The notes beneath the pieces were generated by a model, which saw nothing but the letters and a program-made list of their open reading frames with translations, was not told the DNA's origin and searched no databases. DNA of 63,937 nucleotides, filler included, from Candidatus Hydrogenedentota bacterium (GTDB lineage: Bacteria > JBFMHD01), in NCBI GenBank assembly GCA_040752395.1. It is 4 parts of 4 records of this genome, joined end to end, with 100 filler letters (N's around TTAATTAATTAA, not from the genome) between each part and the next. Parts side by side here need not be neighbours in the genome. Positions count along the whole stretch, not along the records: positions 50,225 to 63,937 come from JBFMHD010000061.1; 3 more parts are not named here. The stretch is one strand, 5' to 3'. Shown here piece by piece: positions 55,124 through 63,937 of the stretch. Numbering within the stretch: position 1 is the first letter of the stretch; each line of letters begins with the position of its first letter. A program made the translations under genes and the position numbers.

Positions 55124-55362
55124 TCTATGATCCCCTTACTTTTTAGAAGTTCCATAAAATCTATGATGTCTCTCTCAACCTCATAAGAAGATACATCAAA
55201 TAACGAGACTATATAATTTTTAATCTCTTCAATGTTAGTAGTCTCTTTTAGTTTTTTAAGTATCTCGAGACCCGTTGAGTTGGTTGTATATGATACGCCT
55301 GTTTGCGGATCAAAGATAAACCCGTTCTCGTTCATTGCCATACGCTTTAATCTCTCATTCAT
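55120..55362 (-). CDS. PqqD-family (RiPP recognition element-like) protein
   Basis: NENGFIFDPQTG.SY..N.TG..I...L.......I...FDV....VERDI.DF...L...G; GGAGGA RBS before ATG 55362. Confidence 0.85.
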   Translation of the reverse strand: MNERLKRMAMNENGFIFDPQTGVSYTTNSTGLEILKKLKETTNIEEIKNYIVSLFDVSSYEVERDIIDFMELLKSKGIIE

Positions 55363-55531
55363 TCTCTCTCCTCCAATAAACCGCCGCACCAATTAGACTA
55401 TATTATTTTGCTGATACTAATTTGCGCAGTGATAAATTTAATTTATTATAGCATAAAATTTAAAATTTTTCAATTTAATCTTGACAATTTTTTTTATTAT
55501 GTAAACTTAATTTGTTATGGAGATGATATGT

Positions 55532-55725
55532 TGGCTTTAGGCTCCGGGCTTTAGGCTCCAGCCGGCTGTAGTCAGTAGCCTGTAGCCCGTCCTGATACTT
55601 CTCACTTCTTCCGTTATCTTGCTTCTTGCTTCTTGCTTCTTTCGTTATCTTTCTTTTTCGTTATCTTGCTTCTTGCTTCTTGCTTCTACTTGATATTATT
55701 AGAGTTAGAATGTTTTTCAGAGGAG
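55532..55725 (+). repeat. Modular repeat supplying the RBS of TPR gene 55733
   Basis: GGCT/AGCC block, TTGCTTC tract, ending TTTTTCAGAGGAG. Confidence 0.88.
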
Positions 55726-55732
55726 GGTAAAT

Positions 55733-56374
55733 ATGAGAAACTTAATTAACTTATTTAGTATTTTAATTATCACTTTATTCTTTGCTGTACCTGGTTTAAG
55801 TGCAAATGACCTCGCCAATGCACTTGATGAATCTTATAAAGCTGAGACCGAAAAAGACTATGAAAAAGCATATAGCATAATAGAAGATATTATGGAGGAA
55901 GTAACTGACGAATTTGGTTTGTACACGATACAGATGAGACTCGGTTATCTTAATAACCTTCTAAAAAAATATAAAGAAGCAGCTGAAAATTATAATGCAG
56001 CTGCTTTGTTACGGCCCAAGGCGATTGAACCCATGCTTTATTTACAATATCAATATCTGATTCTACAGGATTGGTCAAAACTGATTGATGTTTGTATTAA
56101 AGCATTAAAATTAGATCCTAATAACTATACCTCAAAAACCCGGCTTGCGTATTCGTTTTATATGACGGGTAACTATGAGCAGTCTGCAAGCGAGTATTTG
56201 GAAGTATTAAGTTTATATCCATTAGACATAGATGTTATGAATATGATTGGCTGGTCGTATGTGTTTCTCGGGATGAAAGACGAGGCAAAAAAGATATTTA
56301 AAACAGTAACAACCATATCTCCAGGCAATACATCTGCTAATGAGGGTCTTGATTATTTAAAAAATCTGAAATAA
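55733..56374 (+). CDS. Exported TPR protein (paralog A)
   Basis: Signal peptide, ESYKAE, MRLGYL..L.KY..A..NY..A..L.P.AIE, LDPNNY. Confidence 0.8.
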   Translation: MRNLINLFSILIITLFFAVPGLSANDLANALDESYKAETEKDYEKAYSIIEDIMEEVTDEFGLYTIQMRLGYLNNLLKKYKEAAENYNAAALLRPKAIEPMLYLQYQYLILQDWSKLIDVCIKALKLDPNNYTSKTRLAYSFYMTGNYEQSASEYLEVLSLYPLDIDVMNMIGWSYVFLGMKDEAKKIFKTVTTISPGNTSANEGLDYLKNLK

Positions 56375-56406
56375 TCATAATTATAGGCCAGACGAATCCA
56401 GCCCTG

Positions 56407-57033
56407 CTATTGTTTGTTATTGTAGAATTGTTTTGCTGTAATGTTCTCAGGATCAAGTATAAGTACATTATCAAAAATTGAATATGCTTCTTCTTCCTTG
56501 CCTTGATAAAATAATACTATTCCTAATTCAGTAAGAAATGTAACGTTTGTCGGATACACATATAACATCTTTCTTGCTATAGCTTCTGCTTCTTCATATT
56601 TTTTCTGGTTTTTATAAGAAGTGATTAAATAAAGATTAGCGTAATAATTATAATAATCAATCTTTAAAGTCTGATTACATTTTTCTTCAGCTTTAAGCCA
56701 TTCCTCTTTAGCAAGATATACTAAAGCAATGCCGTTCTTTGCTTCAAGCGAATATGGGGCAGCTAACTCTGCCTGTTTATAATATTCTTCAGCATCTTTA
56801 TATTTTTTCATTAGATAAGTCAGCCAGCCAAACCGTAAATTTATTGTATAGGTTTGTGAATATTTTTCATGGACAGGGACTAATACACGGAATGCATCAA
56901 TATAATTAGTTGTTGCTTCATATTTATAAGACTCTTTATATAAAGAAGCGATATCAAGTTCTTTTTGCTCTGCATATATTCTTTCGCCAATAAAAAAGCC
57001 TGATAATAAGAACAATAACAATATTTTCTTCAT
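56407..57033 (-). CDS. Exported TPR protein (paralog B)
   Basis: Signal peptide, ESYKYE, NLRFGWL.YL.KKY..A..YY..A....PYSLEA, IDYYNY. Confidence 0.8.
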   Translation of the reverse strand: MKKILLLFLLSGFFIGERIYAEQKELDIASLYKESYKYEATTNYIDAFRVLVPVHEKYSQTYTINLRFGWLTYLMKKYKDAEEYYKQAELAAPYSLEAKNGIALVYLAKEEWLKAEEKCNQTLKIDYYNYYANLYLITSYKNQKKYEEAEAIARKMLYVYPTNVTFLTELGIVLFYQGKEEEAYSIFDNVLILDPENITAKQFYNNKQ

Positions 57034-57081
57034 AAAAAATCTCCCTTGAAAAAAGAAGTAAAAAGTATCAGAAAAAAAAAT

Positions 57082-58806
57082 TTAATCTTTCAATCTTTCA
57101 ACATTCTTTCTACATTTTTCATCCTTTGTATAAACATTTGTAATCGGCATCCGACGGTCTTTACCAAATGCCCTGGGTGTGATTTTCACTCCGGGCGGTG
57201 ATTGGCGACGTTTGTATTCGCTTCTGTTAACCATTGTGATAACTTTTTTTATTGTTTCCTCATCTATACCTGTTTCTTTTAATTCCTTAAAAGATTTATC
57301 TTCTTCTACATATGCATGAATCAAAGTATCAAGAACAGGATACGGTGGCAACGTGTCCTGGTCTCTCTGATTTGGTTTTAATTCTGCGGTAGGCGGCCTA
57401 TCAATTACACTCTGCGGGATAAGCATTTTACCTGCTCTGTTATTTACGTATTCTGCAAGCTTATAAACAATAGTTTTAGGGACATCTTTGAGCACTGCAA
57501 AGCCGCCAGCTGTATCACCATAAAGTGTGCAATAACCCGTAGAAACCTCACTCTTATTCCCTGTTGTAAGAACAAGCCAGCCAAACCTATTTGATAAAGA
57601 CATTAATAAACTCCCTCGAATACGAGCCTGGATATTCTCAGCCTCAATACCAAAATTGTCTGATTTAAACATTTTTTTAAATGCTCTAAGATATGCTGAA
57701 AATATAGATTTTATAGGAATAGTCATTAATTTTATACCCAGATTTTTAGCAATGATCTTTGAATCAGATAGTGTTTCGCTTGATGTGTAAACAGATGGCA
57801 TAGTAACACCAATAACATTTTTTTTACCAACAGCATCAACAGCTATACAACAAGTAAGCGACGAATCAATGCCTCCTGAAAGACCTAAAACTACTCTTTC
57901 AAACCCATTTTTTAGTGTGTAGTCTCTTACTCCAAGAACAAGTGCACTGTATATCTCTTCATTTGAAGATAACTCTCTTGCTTTTTGAGGTTGGATCGGC
58001 TTATAAATAGAGCTGGTTTTGGTTAATAGACCAATATATTTTGTTTTTTTATTACAAGAAGGTGGTTCAACTGAAATCTCTGTGATCAGTATATCTTCCT
58101 TAAATCGTTCGGCACTCGCTATAATTTTACCATCAGGACTTACAACCATACTACCACCATCAAATACAAGTTCATCCTGACCACCAACAAGATTAGTATA
58201 GCAGACAAACGTTTTTGTCTGTTTAGCAAATTTAGTGATAACTCCTTCTCTTAATTTTATTTTACCTGCATAAAATGGCGAAGCAGAACTATTGAATACA
58301 ATCTTAATATCACCTCTCTTAGCAATCTGAAAAGTTGAGCTATCAAAAATCCAGATGTCTTCACAAATGGTAGTAATAAAAGGAATATCGCCAATTTTAA
58401 ATACAGGAGATTCCTTTCCCTGTGTAAAATAACGCTTTTCATCAAATACACCATAGTTCGGTAACTCTGCTTTATGATATGTTTTTACAATATTACATCT
58501 ATTTAAAATAGCCAGAGCATTATAGAGATTATTGTTTTTAAGTTCAGGGAACCCAACAACCGCTGTTATTTTATCACAATAGTCGCAAACCCTTCTTAAA
58601 TGTTTTTTGCAATCATAGAGAAAGTGCCGGTTCAATAATAAATCTTCTGGCGGATAACCACATATAGCAAGTTCAGGAAAAATTATTACGTGGCAATTAT
58701 TATCATAAGCTATATTAATAGCATCAATAATTTTTTTAACATTCCCTTCCAAATCACCTACCGCGGAATTTATCTGTCCAAGTGCAATATATAGAGTGGA
58801 TTTCAT
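57082..58806 (-). CDS. nadE: Glutamine-dependent NAD+ synthetase
   Basis: N-terminal nitrilase domain (FPEL..GYPPEDL, K.ELPNYGVFDE.RYF, ICEDIW); LSGGIDS, ENIQAR.RG, TGNKSE, EYKRRQSPPG. Confidence 0.97.
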   Translation of the reverse strand: MKSTLYIALGQINSAVGDLEGNVKKIIDAINIAYDNNCHVIIFPELAICGYPPEDLLLNRHFLYDCKKHLRRVCDYCDKITAVVGFPELKNNNLYNALAILNRCNIVKTYHKAELPNYGVFDEKRYFTQGKESPVFKIGDIPFITTICEDIWIFDSSTFQIAKRGDIKIVFNSSASPFYAGKIKLREGVITKFAKQTKTFVCYTNLVGGQDELVFDGGSMVVSPDGKIIASAERFKEDILITEISVEPPSCNKKTKYIGLLTKTSSIYKPIQPQKARELSSNEEIYSALVLGVRDYTLKNGFERVVLGLSGGIDSSLTCCIAVDAVGKKNVIGVTMPSVYTSSETLSDSKIIAKNLGIKLMTIPIKSIFSAYLRAFKKMFKSDNFGIEAENIQARIRGSLLMSLSNRFGWLVLTTGNKSEVSTGYCTLYGDTAGGFAVLKDVPKTIVYKLAEYVNNRAGKMLIPQSVIDRPPTAELKPNQRDQDTLPPYPVLDTLIHAYVEEDKSFKELKETGIDEETIKKVITMVNRSEYKRRQSPPGVKITPRAFGKDRRMPITNVYTKDEKCRKNVERLKD

Positions 58807-58857
58807 ATTGAGTGTAATTTAATTTTGAAATTAGAATAGAGTCAAGATATATTCCAG

Positions 58858-58930
58858 GGGTCTCTAAAAAACTTTGTTCGTAAGGCACCTGGCTGCGCCG
58901 CGCTCCGCCGCGGCAGGCAGGCAAAGAAAG
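58858..58930. repeat. Short GC-rich repeat remnant (CCTGGCTGC..GCAGGCAGG) between glnA and nadE
   Basis: Shares CAGGCAGGCAAAG with about 16574 and an AAAAACTTTG motif with the modular repeat end. Confidence 0.45.
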
Positions 58931-59062
58931 AAAGAAGACAGGAGATGAGAACGTGTGAAATAACCATCATTAATACCGGGCAACTCTTTTATTATCAGCC
59001 CCTGTTTTCTGAAAAAGTCTAATTTTTTCACAGGTTCTCAGGGAGTACGAGAGTGTGAAGGC

Positions 59063-60475
59063 TTATGTATCAAAATACAGGCCGAACTCAAATGGATGCG
59101 GTCTTAAACTAATTTGATCAACCTCGTTTAAAATTTTGTAGGAAATCCATGTTTCTATAACATCCTCGGTAAATACATCACCCTTTAATAGATACTCATG
59201 ATCGTTCTTTAATGATATTAATGCTTCTTGTAATGACCCTGGTGTTTTTGGAACTTTAGCTGCTTCTTCTGGTGGTAAATCATAGATGTTTTTATCAAGT
59301 GGTTCTCCTGGATCAATTTTGTTTTGTATACCATCAAGACCCGCCATTAACATAGCTGAAAAAGCTAAATATGGGTTACAGGATGGGTCAGGGAACCTGA
59401 CTTCAATTCTTTTTGATTTTGGGCTTGGTGAATACATCGGGATTCGAACACCTGCTGATCTGTTCCGGGATGAATATGCTAAATTAACAGGTGCCTCGTA
59501 ACCAGGTACAAGCCTTCTGTAAGAGTTTGTTGTGGGGTTTGTAAAAGCAAGCAGACTTGGTGCATGTTTTAGCATACCACCTATATAATATAACGCAAGT
59601 TCTGATAACCCTGCGTATCTGTCACCTGCAAAAAGTGGTTTCCCTGCTTTCCATAACGATTGATGACAATGCATACCGCTACCGTTATCTTTGAATATAG
59701 GTTTAGGCATAAATGTAGCTGTTTTATTATGTTTTCTGGCTACGTTCTTTACTATGTATTTGAAAAGCACAAGACTATCAGCACATTTTAATAATGGTTT
59801 TGCTTTGAAATCTATCTCAGACTGACCTGCAGTTGCAACCTCGTGATGCTGACACTCGGGCTCGATCCCACAGGCTTCCATTATAAGCATCATATCAGAA
59901 CGTATATCTTGTAACGTGTCAGTTGGGGGTACCGGGAAATAACCCTCTTTATATCTTGGTTTATAACCAAGATTCGGGTTCTCTTGTTTCCCTGTATTCC
60001 ATTGCCCTTCTTTTGAGTCCAAATAATAATAACCAAAATTATAACTTTGATCATATCGTATATCATCAAATATAAAAAATTCAGCTTCAGGCCCAAAGTA
60101 AACCTCATCACCGATGCCTGTTTCTTTTAGATAGTTTTCAGCTTTATAAGCTATATGACGCGGACACCTTGTATATCTGTCTCTTGTGATCGGGTCATAA
60201 ATATCTCCGATAATCGAGAGCGTGGGCACAGTGGTGAATGGATCCATAAAAGCAGTACTCGGGTCAGGGATAACCAACATATCAGATAGATTAATAGCTT
60301 GCCATCCTCTTATGGATGAGCCGTCAAATCCAAGCCCATTTTCAAAGATATCTTCAGTAAGTTCTGAAATAGGTACAGAGAAATGCTGCCATAGCCCAGG
60401 AAAATCCATAAATTTAATATCAAGTACTTTAGCACCATTCTTTTTAGCAAACTCAATTACTTCTTTGCCAGTCAT
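59063..60475 (-). CDS. glnA: Glutamine synthetase type I
   Basis: [56 protein letters not shown] adenylylation Tyr. Confidence 0.99.
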   Translation of the reverse strand: MTGKEVIEFAKKNGAKVLDIKFMDFPGLWQHFSVPISELTEDIFENGLGFDGSSIRGWQAINLSDMLVIPDPSTAFMDPFTTVPTLSIIGDIYDPITRDRYTRCPRHIAYKAENYLKETGIGDEVYFGPEAEFFIFDDIRYDQSYNFGYYYLDSKEGQWNTGKQENPNLGYKPRYKEGYFPVPPTDTLQDIRSDMMLIMEACGIEPECQHHEVATAGQSEIDFKAKPLLKCADSLVLFKYIVKNVARKHNKTATFMPKPIFKDNGSGMHCHQSLWKAGKPLFAGDRYAGLSELALYYIGGMLKHAPSLLAFTNPTTNSYRRLVPGYEAPVNLAYSSRNRSAGVRIPMYSPSPKSKRIEVRFPDPSCNPYLAFSAMLMAGLDGIQNKIDPGEPLDKNIYDLPPEEAAKVPKTPGSLQEALISLKNDHEYLLKGDVFTEDVIETWISYKILNEVDQISLRPHPFEFGLYFDT

Positions 60476-60640
60476 AGATAACTCTCCTCTTTTTCATGCT
60501 TTGTGTAGCGGTGCAACGCACCCTATGTTGACTACGCTAAAAGAATTAGAAATAAGAATAGTGTATGACCGAATAATCATTTGTCATAATATAAAAAATA
60601 TAAATAAAAATATTAAATTTTGCAAACTAAAAATTTAATA

Positions 60641-62377
60641 TTATTTTAACGATCGCTTTTTTATTAATGATATTTCTATTTTCCGAATAAAAATAACAAC
60701 AACTCCCAGGGCCAGGAAGAGTAAGATAATATCTGCAGATATGAGGATATAATTTGAATCCAGATAGTATTTTTTTAATAGAATAATAAGAGCTGTTATG
60801 GTTGTTGCAAACATAAATATCGCAGGTAGTAAAGCAAATATAAATTTTCTTCCGGTTGTTAATAGAAAAACAGTTATAGTAATCAGTGTAAGTGCAGCAA
60901 GTAATTGGTTTCCTGTGCCGAAAATAGGCCAGAGTGCATTAAACGCATTTTTATACGCAAGGAGAAACATTATAACTACAGCAAGTAATGAATTAAACCA
61001 CATCTTCTGTAAAAATTTAACACCCGGGAATAGATATCGCCATAACTCCTCAAATATATACCGGGTAATTCTTATCGCAGCATCAAGCGTTGTTATAACA
61101 AAACCTTCAACAAGCAATATCCCCAATACACAACCAAGCGCAATATTTATCCCTAATGCATTGTTAAACAAAAAACCAGATGATAAAGCGAAAGCAAGTA
61201 TAGGGTTCTGCCTGGCTTTCTCACTTGCCCAAACAATGTTTATGTACTCAGTCTGATTCAGTGATGAACAGATTGTTAATACAACACATAAAGCAAGTAT
61301 AGATTCAAGTAGCATCCCATTATATCCTATTTTTTTTGCATCAGATTCTGTACTTATTTGTTTAGAAGGTGTACCGGATGCTACAATGGCATGAAAACCT
61401 GAGATTGCGCCGCAGGCAACTGTAATAAAGAGCATTGGCCAGAGATAACCAAGCGAGATTATACCCTGATTTGAAAATGCAGGGAACCCAAGCGAAATAC
61501 CTTTTATCCCACCAATAAAAAGAGAGACAAGAAGTAAAATTATGCCGCCATAAAGTATCTGCACATTAATAAAATCACGTGGCTGCAGTATCAACCATAC
61601 AGGCAGAGTCGAAGCAAACCATACATATATACTTAAAATAACCATCCATAAGTTCAGGTCTATAGAGACGGGAATTTTAAACCCCAAAACTATACTTATG
61701 ATAGCTATTAAGAACGCAATAATATAAGCGATTAATTTTGATATACCTTTTTTGTATAAGAGATAGCCTAAAAGAGGCGACATAAGAGTTATAATTATAA
61801 CAGAGGTTGAGGCTATACCACCAATAACACCTAATTTAATATTATCTTTTTCTACAATATTAAGCAGTGTCTGCTCCGCTGTAAGCCCGAGTCTATCAAG
61901 TGGATACATCGAGGTAAGAGATACAGAAGCGGCTCTTAAAAAAGCAGATGTAACAAGAAATAACATTAAAAGTGTAAAGCTTATAAAAAGAAAGAAACCG
62001 GTATTACCGAGATATTTTTTTGCTATCTCGGCTATAGACCTACCATCTTCTCTTATTGATAAAAACAATGTTGAGAAATCATGAACAGCACCTATGAATA
62101 TTCCACCAAGTATTATCCATAGAACTGAGGGTAGATAACCATAAATAGCTGCGAGAGTGGGACCAAGTATAGGGCCAGCACCTGCGATCATTGAAAAATG
62201 GTGGGCAAAAAGAATATATGTTTTAGTAGGACAGTAATCCTTACCATCATTTAATCTTACAGAAGGCGTTGGTTTTTGGGGGTCTATTCCAAGGGAATTT
62301 TCAATCTTTACAGCATAGAACCTTGATGCAAGATAAAATATAACTATTGATGGAATCAAAACTAAGAGTACATTCAT
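60641..62377 (-). CDS. cstA: Carbon starvation protein A family transporter
   Basis: HHF..IAGAGPILGP, GAVHDF, ITVACGAISGFH, GYNGMLLES, WPIFGTGNQLLAAL. Confidence 0.93.
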   Translation of the reverse strand: MNVLLVLIPSIVIFYLASRFYAVKIENSLGIDPQKPTPSVRLNDGKDYCPTKTYILFAHHFSMIAGAGPILGPTLAAIYGYLPSVLWIILGGIFIGAVHDFSTLFLSIREDGRSIAEIAKKYLGNTGFFLFISFTLLMLFLVTSAFLRAASVSLTSMYPLDRLGLTAEQTLLNIVEKDNIKLGVIGGIASTSVIIITLMSPLLGYLLYKKGISKLIAYIIAFLIAIISIVLGFKIPVSIDLNLWMVILSIYVWFASTLPVWLILQPRDFINVQILYGGIILLLVSLFIGGIKGISLGFPAFSNQGIISLGYLWPMLFITVACGAISGFHAIVASGTPSKQISTESDAKKIGYNGMLLESILALCVVLTICSSLNQTEYINIVWASEKARQNPILAFALSSGFLFNNALGINIALGCVLGILLVEGFVITTLDAAIRITRYIFEELWRYLFPGVKFLQKMWFNSLLAVVIMFLLAYKNAFNALWPIFGTGNQLLAALTLITITVFLLTTGRKFIFALLPAIFMFATTITALIILLKKYYLDSNYILISADIILLFLALGVVVIFIRKIEISLIKKRSLK

Positions 62378-63459
62378 TGAATAATTTTTCCTTTTTTCAT
62401 AAAGAGTTTGTCATTAACATAAACCTCACCTTTTTTACGTAAATCCTTGATAAAATCCCAGTGCAATGCTGATTTGTTTTTACCACCTGTTTCTTTGTAT
62501 GAGCTACCAAGAGCAAGGTGTATAGTACCACCAATCTTTTCATCAAACAAGATATTTTTAATATGTTTTGTTATACCATAATTTAATCCGAATGCGAACT
62601 CCCCAGGATACCGTGCACCTTTATCCATATCAAGCATCGTGCGTAGAAACTGCTCATTTTTTGTTGCGCTTTCTTTTACAACTTTACCTTCTTTGAATTC
62701 TAAATAAACACCCTCAATTTCCCTGCCGAGATTACATGCAGGGAATGAAAACTTAATGTAACCATTAGCACTTGTCTCAATTGGTCCTGTAAAAATCTCG
62801 CCGCTTGGCATATTGTATAACCCACAGCTGTTTATAAAAATTCTGTTTTTAACTGATAGTGTTAGATCAGTATCATCATCTAAAATTCTTATCCTATCAG
62901 CACCTTTTAATCTTTTAATAATCTTTTCTTGATAATCTCGTAAATCATACCAGGCTTTTACAGGGTCTTTTTTATCTACGAATAATGCTTTATATACAAA
63001 TTCTGTGAATTCTTGTAAACTCATTTCAGCATCCTGCGCGTACGCTTGAGTCGGGTAAAGTGTTAATACCCACCGACCCTTTTTTAATATGATATCTTTT
63101 ATGGGCTTCATTGTTTTAATATACGTTGCTGGTTTTTCGGGATTAACAGATGTCAATGCTTTGGTATTAGTACTTGATTGAATAGTAATAACAGCATCTG
63201 CTTTTTTTGCTTCAAAAAGATTTATCTCTGGTAGATATAAAAGGTGATGTTTTTTTGCATACTGATAGAAAAGTTCACCTAAATTATTGGGGACCAGCCT
63301 TAGAAACGGATACGCACCCTTTTGCAGAACCTGGATATACAATTGTTCGATCAATGGTATAGCCTCTACACATCCTGAGATAATTACTTTTTCTTTTGAC
63401 TTAATCTTTAATGAATACTCGATTAGAATTCTTGCAAACTTTTTCAGATAATCAGCCAT
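62374..63459 (-). CDS. M29-family aminopeptidase (AmpS/AmpT)
   Basis: NMPSGEIFTGP, GEFAFG.N, NILFDEKIGGTIHLALG, NKSALHWD; start at ATG 63459. Confidence 0.93.
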   Translation of the reverse strand: MADYLKKFARILIEYSLKIKSKEKVIISGCVEAIPLIEQLYIQVLQKGAYPFLRLVPNNLGELFYQYAKKHHLLYLPEINLFEAKKADAVITIQSSTNTKALTSVNPEKPATYIKTMKPIKDIILKKGRWVLTLYPTQAYAQDAEMSLQEFTEFVYKALFVDKKDPVKAWYDLRDYQEKIIKRLKGADRIRILDDDTDLTLSVKNRIFINSCGLYNMPSGEIFTGPIETSANGYIKFSFPACNLGREIEGVYLEFKEGKVVKESATKNEQFLRTMLDMDKGARYPGEFAFGLNYGITKHIKNILFDEKIGGTIHLALGSSYKETGGKNKSALHWDFIKDLRKKGEVYVNDKLFMKKGKIIQ

Positions 63460-63464
63460 AATAA

Positions 63465-63520
63465 TCTCCTCTAAAAAACGTTGTAACTCTAATAATATCA
63501 AATAGAAGCAAGATAAACAA
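63465..63520 (-). repeat. Terminal block of the modular repeat supplying the aminopeptidase RBS
   Basis: Reverse complement reads TTGCTTCTATTTGATATTATTAGAGTTACAACGTTTTTTAGAGGAG before the ATG. Confidence 0.8.
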
Positions 63521-63567
63521 ACAAAGATTGAAATAAAGATTAAATAAAATGTCAATATTGATTTATC

Positions 63568-63712
63568 AGGTCTCTTTTAAAACCTGCTTATCGCATCTAA
63601 AGATGCTCACTACATTTTTTATTTTTTGTAATTTCAATATAATGTAAAAAGGGTCACAAGACCCGTTCTTTAGTCTTTAGACCTGTTTTTAAAAAATGAG
63701 GTTTTAAAAGAG
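63568..63712. mobile_element. MITE family H, near-complete copy
   Basis: AGGTCTCTTTTAAAACC ... GGTTTTAAAAGAG terminal inverted repeats. Confidence 0.75.
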
Positions 63713-63937
63713 GAATTAAAATTGACTTGCTTTAAGTCAAAAAATTAATGCATAATAAATTAAATTTCTGCTTTGATGCCGATGGATAAATGGTGAAGGT
63801 TATGAGGGGTTACAAAGTAAGAAGTAAGAGGTGATACGAAACGAGTTTATGAGTTTTGTGCATTTACACGTTCACAGTCAATTCAGTTTACTTGATGGTG
63901 CTATAAAGTTTGAAGAGCTGATGGATAGGTGTCACAG

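Noticed and set aside
57082-63459. nadE-glnA-cstA-aminopeptidase run as a novel system
   Set aside because: Ordinary nitrogen and peptide metabolism genes with canonical motifs

Overview
Low-GC bacterial (probably diderm, MAG-type) sequence made of four separate contigs joined by 100-nt N spacers that carry an artificial TTAATTAATTAA linker (16771-16870, 33505-33604, 50125-50224). The complete segments fall in size (16634, 16520 bp), so gene order across the gaps is probably not real. Housekeeping genes: secA, larE, pgi, glyQ/glyS, nadE, glnA, cstA, an M29 aminopeptidase and two tRNAs. Accessory content: several toxin-antitoxin/nucleotidyltransferase modules, a decayed IS, two MITE families and a very abundant modular intergenic repeat whose end supplies the Shine-Dalgarno of about 10 genes. 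The most promising candidates for undescribed systems are: (1) a single-chain triple-BMC-domain shell protein co-transcribed with a CBM48-GH13 alpha-glucan hydrolase and pgi; (2) a membrane-anchored triple-OB-fold protein plus archaeal-type TctA plus YdjM-family hydrolase, a possible nucleic-acid uptake module; (3) a PqqD / ATP-grasp / PLP decarboxylase / urea-transporter-M23 cluster with no visible precursor; (4) a rare tRNA-Leu with anticodon AAG; (5) a T9SS-like cargo (11 Ig-like repeats) with a PorV-TPR fusion. All family calls come from motif recognition by eye; no searches were run.
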